DNA of 49,554 nucleotides from an uncultured Bacilli bacterium (GTDB lineage Bacteria; Bacillota_I; Bacilli_A; RF39; UBA660): NCBI GenBank assembly GCA_947632405.1, contig CANRPE010000004.1, positions 1 to 49,554 of the forward strand, read 5' to 3'. Shown piece by piece: positions 46,258 to 49,554 of this stretch (position 1 is its first letter; each line of letters starts with the position of its first letter). The notes under the pieces were generated by a model. It saw only the letters and a program-made list of their open reading frames with translations, ran no database searches and was not told where the DNA came from. The position numbers and the translations under genes were made by a program.

Positions 46258-48186
46258 TTACTCCTTACAACTTTTTCTTTTTTGATAATTCTGATTAGAA
46301 TTAGATAAAATGTCACATATCATTCTAGCTTCAGTTTGATCAATTATCTTATTTTTTAATAAAGTTTCAGCCTGTTCATGAACAGATATAGTTGGTTTAT
46401 TTAATCTTTTTAATTCATTTAATACTTTATTTTTAGAAATAATTACTTGGTCAAATTGATAGGTTCTTAATGAATTTGAAATATTTATCGTTTCTAAATA
46501 TTTTATAAATTCATTTACAGATAAAGTATTTTCTTCTAATTCAAGATGTGGAGATAAATCTAATAAATATTCATTCATATCTTGCTTCATAATTTTCATT
46601 TTATCATGATTTAAAATAGCAATAATTTCTTCTGTAGATGCTAGTGGAATATTTAGACGATTTAATACCATAATTTTTTTATAATCATCTAAAGAGTAAT
46701 TTAATAAAGCTAAATCTTCATTTAAATTATCCTCACAACCTAATTCTAGCACAACATCTATTTTTTGTGCAAGTGCATCTTGACTAATAAAATCATAAGC
46801 ACTAGTAACTTTAAGAGTCGATATTAACTGATATTGTTCGACAATATTTATATTTTTATCTATTAAATCGTGATTATCTAATAAAATTGTTTCCATTTTA
46901 TTAATATGTGTTGCTGCTAAACCCGCATCAATTAAAGTTTGAATATTATTACATAAATTTTGATATTTTTTATTTTCACTTGAAGAATCAAAAATATCAA
47001 CATTAGCTTCTAAAAATGATACATTAAGATAACCTTTATTAATAAAATTAATTATTTCTTCTACTCTTTCTAAACTAGTTATATTAACTATTTTTAGCAA
47101 ATAATTTGGATCAGTAATATTAATTTTTTTGAGATTATCTAAAATTTTTTCTAAATCAGTAACGCTTACAGTAATATTTATTTGATCATCAGCAACTAAA
47201 ATATTATATTTTTGTAAAACTTTTTTATAGTTGTTAATTGAATTATTAATTAATCCTTCATATTTATTTAATGCATCTTTACATAAACTAAGATTATTTT
47301 GATATATATGAGTAAGTATAAGTTTTCTAATTTCTAAATTAGAGATTTTTAAAATAGCAGCAGGAAGTGTCAGTATATTATCATTATTACTATTACTATC
47401 TATCCAATTTTTTAATTGAAGATAATAATTAAGTTCTTTTTTTGATTTATTTTTTTTGCTTCTTTCGTCTGCTAATATAGTCTGAGAATATGATCTAATT
47501 AAATAAACAGCATCCGTAATATTTTTAGGTACTTCGATACTATTAATAATTTTTTTCAAATTTTTTTTCGATTCTTTTGTTTCTTTTATAAAATCATTTT
47601 TTAATTCAGCAATATTTTTAATTCTGTCAATTTCATCCTGTTTAACCATAATAGAAAACAAAAAGTTAAAAGATTTTTTAGATGATTCAGGATAATCATG
47701 AACTAGTTTAACTAACTTAAATAAAGGACTCTTATTTTTATAGCTATATTCACATATAAGTACAATAGACGCAATGACATCTAAATTTTTAAGAATATTT
47801 GAATCTGAAAAATCAAAATTTAATTGTTTGATTAAACCATTATATTCAAATTTATTTATTATATCATCATAATAAGAACTTGATGCTATTTGCAGAAATG
47901 AATTGTAAAGTGTTTTAAACTCTATAACTTGTGTTTGTGTAAATATATATTCATTTTGATAAATAATATTTTTTAATATATTAAAGTCTAAATCATTGCA
48001 TATACTTCTAAAATAAATGATAAACAAATTAATTAGTTCATTTTTATCAATATCATATATATTTTGAAGATTATTATTATTTACAAAAGAATCAATAAGG
48101 TCTACTTCTTCATTTTTATTTTCAATATCTTTTTCTAATTTTAATTGTTCTTCCTCAATTTTTTCAAGAATAGTTTGATTAAACAT
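46258..48186 (-). CDS. hypothetical protein, gene 2 of unknown trio (all-helical, ~30-aa repeats)
   Basis: 642 aa, SD GGGGG. No P-loop, HTH or TM segment recognised. Seven ~30-residue repeats lie between aa 320 and 530. Confidence 0.65.
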   Translation of the reverse strand: MFNQTILEKIEEEQLKLEKDIENKNEEVDLIDSFVNNNNLQNIYDIDKNELINLFIIYFRSICNDLDFNILKNIIYQNEYIFTQTQVIEFKTLYNSFLQIASSSYYDDIINKFEYNGLIKQLNFDFSDSNILKNLDVIASIVLICEYSYKNKSPLFKLVKLVHDYPESSKKSFNFLFSIMVKQDEIDRIKNIAELKNDFIKETKESKKNLKKIINSIEVPKNITDAVYLIRSYSQTILADERSKKNKSKKELNYYLQLKNWIDSNSNNDNILTLPAAILKISNLEIRKLILTHIYQNNLSLCKDALNKYEGLINNSINNYKKVLQKYNILVADDQINITVSVTDLEKILDNLKKINITDPNYLLKIVNITSLERVEEIINFINKGYLNVSFLEANVDIFDSSSENKKYQNLCNNIQTLIDAGLAATHINKMETILLDNHDLIDKNINIVEQYQLISTLKVTSAYDFISQDALAQKIDVVLELGCEDNLNEDLALLNYSLDDYKKIMVLNRLNIPLASTEEIIAILNHDKMKIMKQDMNEYLLDLSPHLELEENTLSVNEFIKYLETINISNSLRTYQFDQVIISKNKVLNELKRLNKPTISVHEQAETLLKNKIIDQTEARMICDILSNSNQNYQKRKSCKE

Positions 48187-48197
48187 ATATATACCCC

Positions 48198-49181
48198 CTA
48201 ACTCTTTTTATATTCAAAATTTCCTTTATCATTAACATTTAAAATATTATTTAATTCTAAAGTATATTCATTTTGAAGTTGTCTAAATTCTGGATTATTT
48301 AAATTTTCTTTTAATAGTTCCTTTTGTGATTCATAATTCTTAATTTTTAAATTTAGAGAATCTAAATAACCTTTATCTTTATCTGATTTTTTGATAAACG
48401 CTGTAATTAAAGCATAATCATGTGGACCAATTTGATCAAATACAACTCTAATTTTATAATCTTTTACTTCACAAACACCTGAATTTAAATTATTAATACT
48501 TTTAAATCTTCTAATATTTTTTAATCTTCCATCTTCAATTGATGCAAATAAATCTTTGAATCCTTCATAGTATTCTTGATCTATATCTTTAAGTTCCTTT
48601 AAAATTCTAATATTGCCACTACTAGTTGGTACAAAAATAAAATTATTTTTAATTGGTTCATGTCCTTGCTCTATTTCATTAATTGTTTCAAGAGTTGAAA
48701 TTATTTTAATTTTTTCTTGATTTAATAGTATTTCATCTTTAAATTCTTCATAATCTTCTTTTGTTAAATTAGCTTTTTCTTGATTTAATAATTCTTCAAT
48801 TTCTTTAATATTTTTTAATAATTCCATTTTTATTCTTAAATTAATATTATAATAATTTACATTTTCTTTAGATGGTAATATATCTGCAATAGATAATTGT
48901 AAATTACTAGTAGAAGCAAGATTATTAATTTGTGAAAAATAATAATCAACTTCTTTTTCAAAATCATCATCTTTTTCTGTTTCAAATAATTCTGGCATTT
49001 GAGTAATTGAATTTAAAGTTTCTACTACTGGTTGTTCTTTTTCAGAATTATCTGAAAATTTAATTTCTAATTGTTTAATTTCATCTTTTAACTTTAGATA
49101 TTTTTTTGTATTTTCTTCAATAGCATTTACTAGCATTTCTTCACTAATATTATCTAAGTCTTCTAAAATTACTAATTCCAT
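48198..49181 (-). CDS. hypothetical protein, gene 1 of unknown trio (acidic coiled-coil N-half, RelE/Gp49-like C-half)
   Basis: 327 aa, SD AAGGGGGA. The C-terminal pattern FIFVP..(helices)..SGVCEVKDYKIRVVFDQIGPHDYALITAFIKKSDKDKGY resembles HigB/Gp49-type toxin folds. Confidence 0.65.
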   Translation of the reverse strand: MELVILEDLDNISEEMLVNAIEENTKKYLKLKDEIKQLEIKFSDNSEKEQPVVETLNSITQMPELFETEKDDDFEKEVDYYFSQINNLASTSNLQLSIADILPSKENVNYYNINLRIKMELLKNIKEIEELLNQEKANLTKEDYEEFKDEILLNQEKIKIISTLETINEIEQGHEPIKNNFIFVPTSSGNIRILKELKDIDQEYYEGFKDLFASIEDGRLKNIRRFKSINNLNSGVCEVKDYKIRVVFDQIGPHDYALITAFIKKSDKDKGYLDSLNLKIKNYESQKELLKENLNNPEFRQLQNEYTLELNNILNVNDKGNFEYKKS

Positions 49182-49207
49182 AATAAATCCCCCTTATACG
49201 GTGTAAT

Positions 49208-49236
49208 ATTATACTATAATCTTTTTATTTTTGCAA
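49208..49236 (-). promoter_or_regulatory. near-consensus sigma-A promoter TTGCAA-17-TATAAT driving the unknown three-gene operon
   Basis: The reverse complement reads TTGCAAaaataaaaagattatagTATAAT, located between xseB and the 327-aa gene. Confidence 0.6.
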
Positions 49237-49247
49237 GAAAAAAGAAG

Positions 49248-49481
49248 TTAATTGCCTTCTATTTTAAAATCTTCTAATGAGCCATTTTCATTAACAATTT
49301 TAGTAAGAGAGGTTTCAGCTTTTTTTAATTTTTCATCACATAATTTAGCTAAACTCATTGCTTCATTAAATTTACTAATAGCTTCATCTAAAGGTGTATC
49401 TCCACTTTCTAATTTTTTTACAATTTCTTCTAATTTTTCTAAGCTTTCTTCAAAACTTTTTTCATTTTTTTCTTTAGTCAT
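49248..49481 (-). CDS. xseB: exodeoxyribonuclease VII small subunit
   Basis: FEESLEKLEEIVKKLESGDTPLDEAISKFNEAMSLAKLCDEKL is the canonical XseB pattern. Confidence 0.9.
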   Translation of the reverse strand: MTKEKNEKSFEESLEKLEEIVKKLESGDTPLDEAISKFNEAMSLAKLCDEKLKKAETSLTKIVNENGSLEDFKIEGN

Positions 49482-49554
49482 AATTTTCCTTGTATAATCA
49501 ATCTTATAGAAATGAGTTAAATTTTTATAGATTGATTAATTCCTTTCTATTTAT

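Noticed and set aside
1-49554. Alternative genetic code (TGA as Trp), considered because of the extreme AT content and Mollicutes-like composition.
   Set aside because: ppdK and spoIIGA terminate at TGA at the expected protein ends, and long ORFs are not interrupted in a way that needs TGA read-through. Sporulation genes also argue against a Mycoplasma-type organism.
1-49554. CRISPR arrays, rRNA/tRNA genes, IS elements or prophage blocks.
   Set aside because: I found no regularly spaced direct repeats, no GC-rich structured RNA islands in the intergenic regions, and no transposase or phage structural motifs in any frame inspected.

Overview
This is a very AT-rich, densely coding chromosomal segment from a low-GC Firmicutes endospore former. 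TGA is a stop codon (ppdK and spoIIGA end in TGA), so the genetic code is standard. Sporulation and germination markers are scattered through it: a gerA-type receptor operon, spoIIGA-sigE, spoIIM, spoIVB, a DUF421/YetF-type protein and a DUF1540-type mini-protein. Housekeeping genes include rimM-trmD, phosphoketolase, tdk, ppdK, a P-type ATPase, yebC, rarA, xerD-deoB, mnmA and xseB. I found no rRNA, tRNA, CRISPR array, transposase or phage integrase. The main structural result is a 28-bp dif (XerC/XerD) site at 38613-38640. It sits exactly where coding polarity flips: about 29 of 35 CDS are on + to its left, and all 11 large CDS are on - to its right. The window therefore very probably spans the replication terminus. 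The best candidate for an undescribed system is a translationally coupled three-gene operon at 44882-49181 (327, 642 and 456 aa) with its own near-consensus promoter, lying between xseB and spoIVB. By eye it shows a coiled-coil protein ending in a RelE/Gp49-like domain, a protein with seven ~30-residue helical repeats, and a protein with a transglutaminase-like scaffold lacking the catalytic Cys. Other loci worth a second look:
- an HTH gene plus a Cys-containing transglutaminase/papain-like ORF abutting dif
- an MMPL transporter whose second loop holds nine tandem ~80-aa repeats
- two adjacent single-pass membrane proteins with Asp/Tyr-rich tails
- a TasA/camelysin-like secreted protein
- a small gene cassette flanked by two near-identical hairpins
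- a size-reduced germinant receptor
- two unannotated mini-ORFs

All family assignments come from motif recognition by eye, with no database search, and all unknowns need profile or structure searches.
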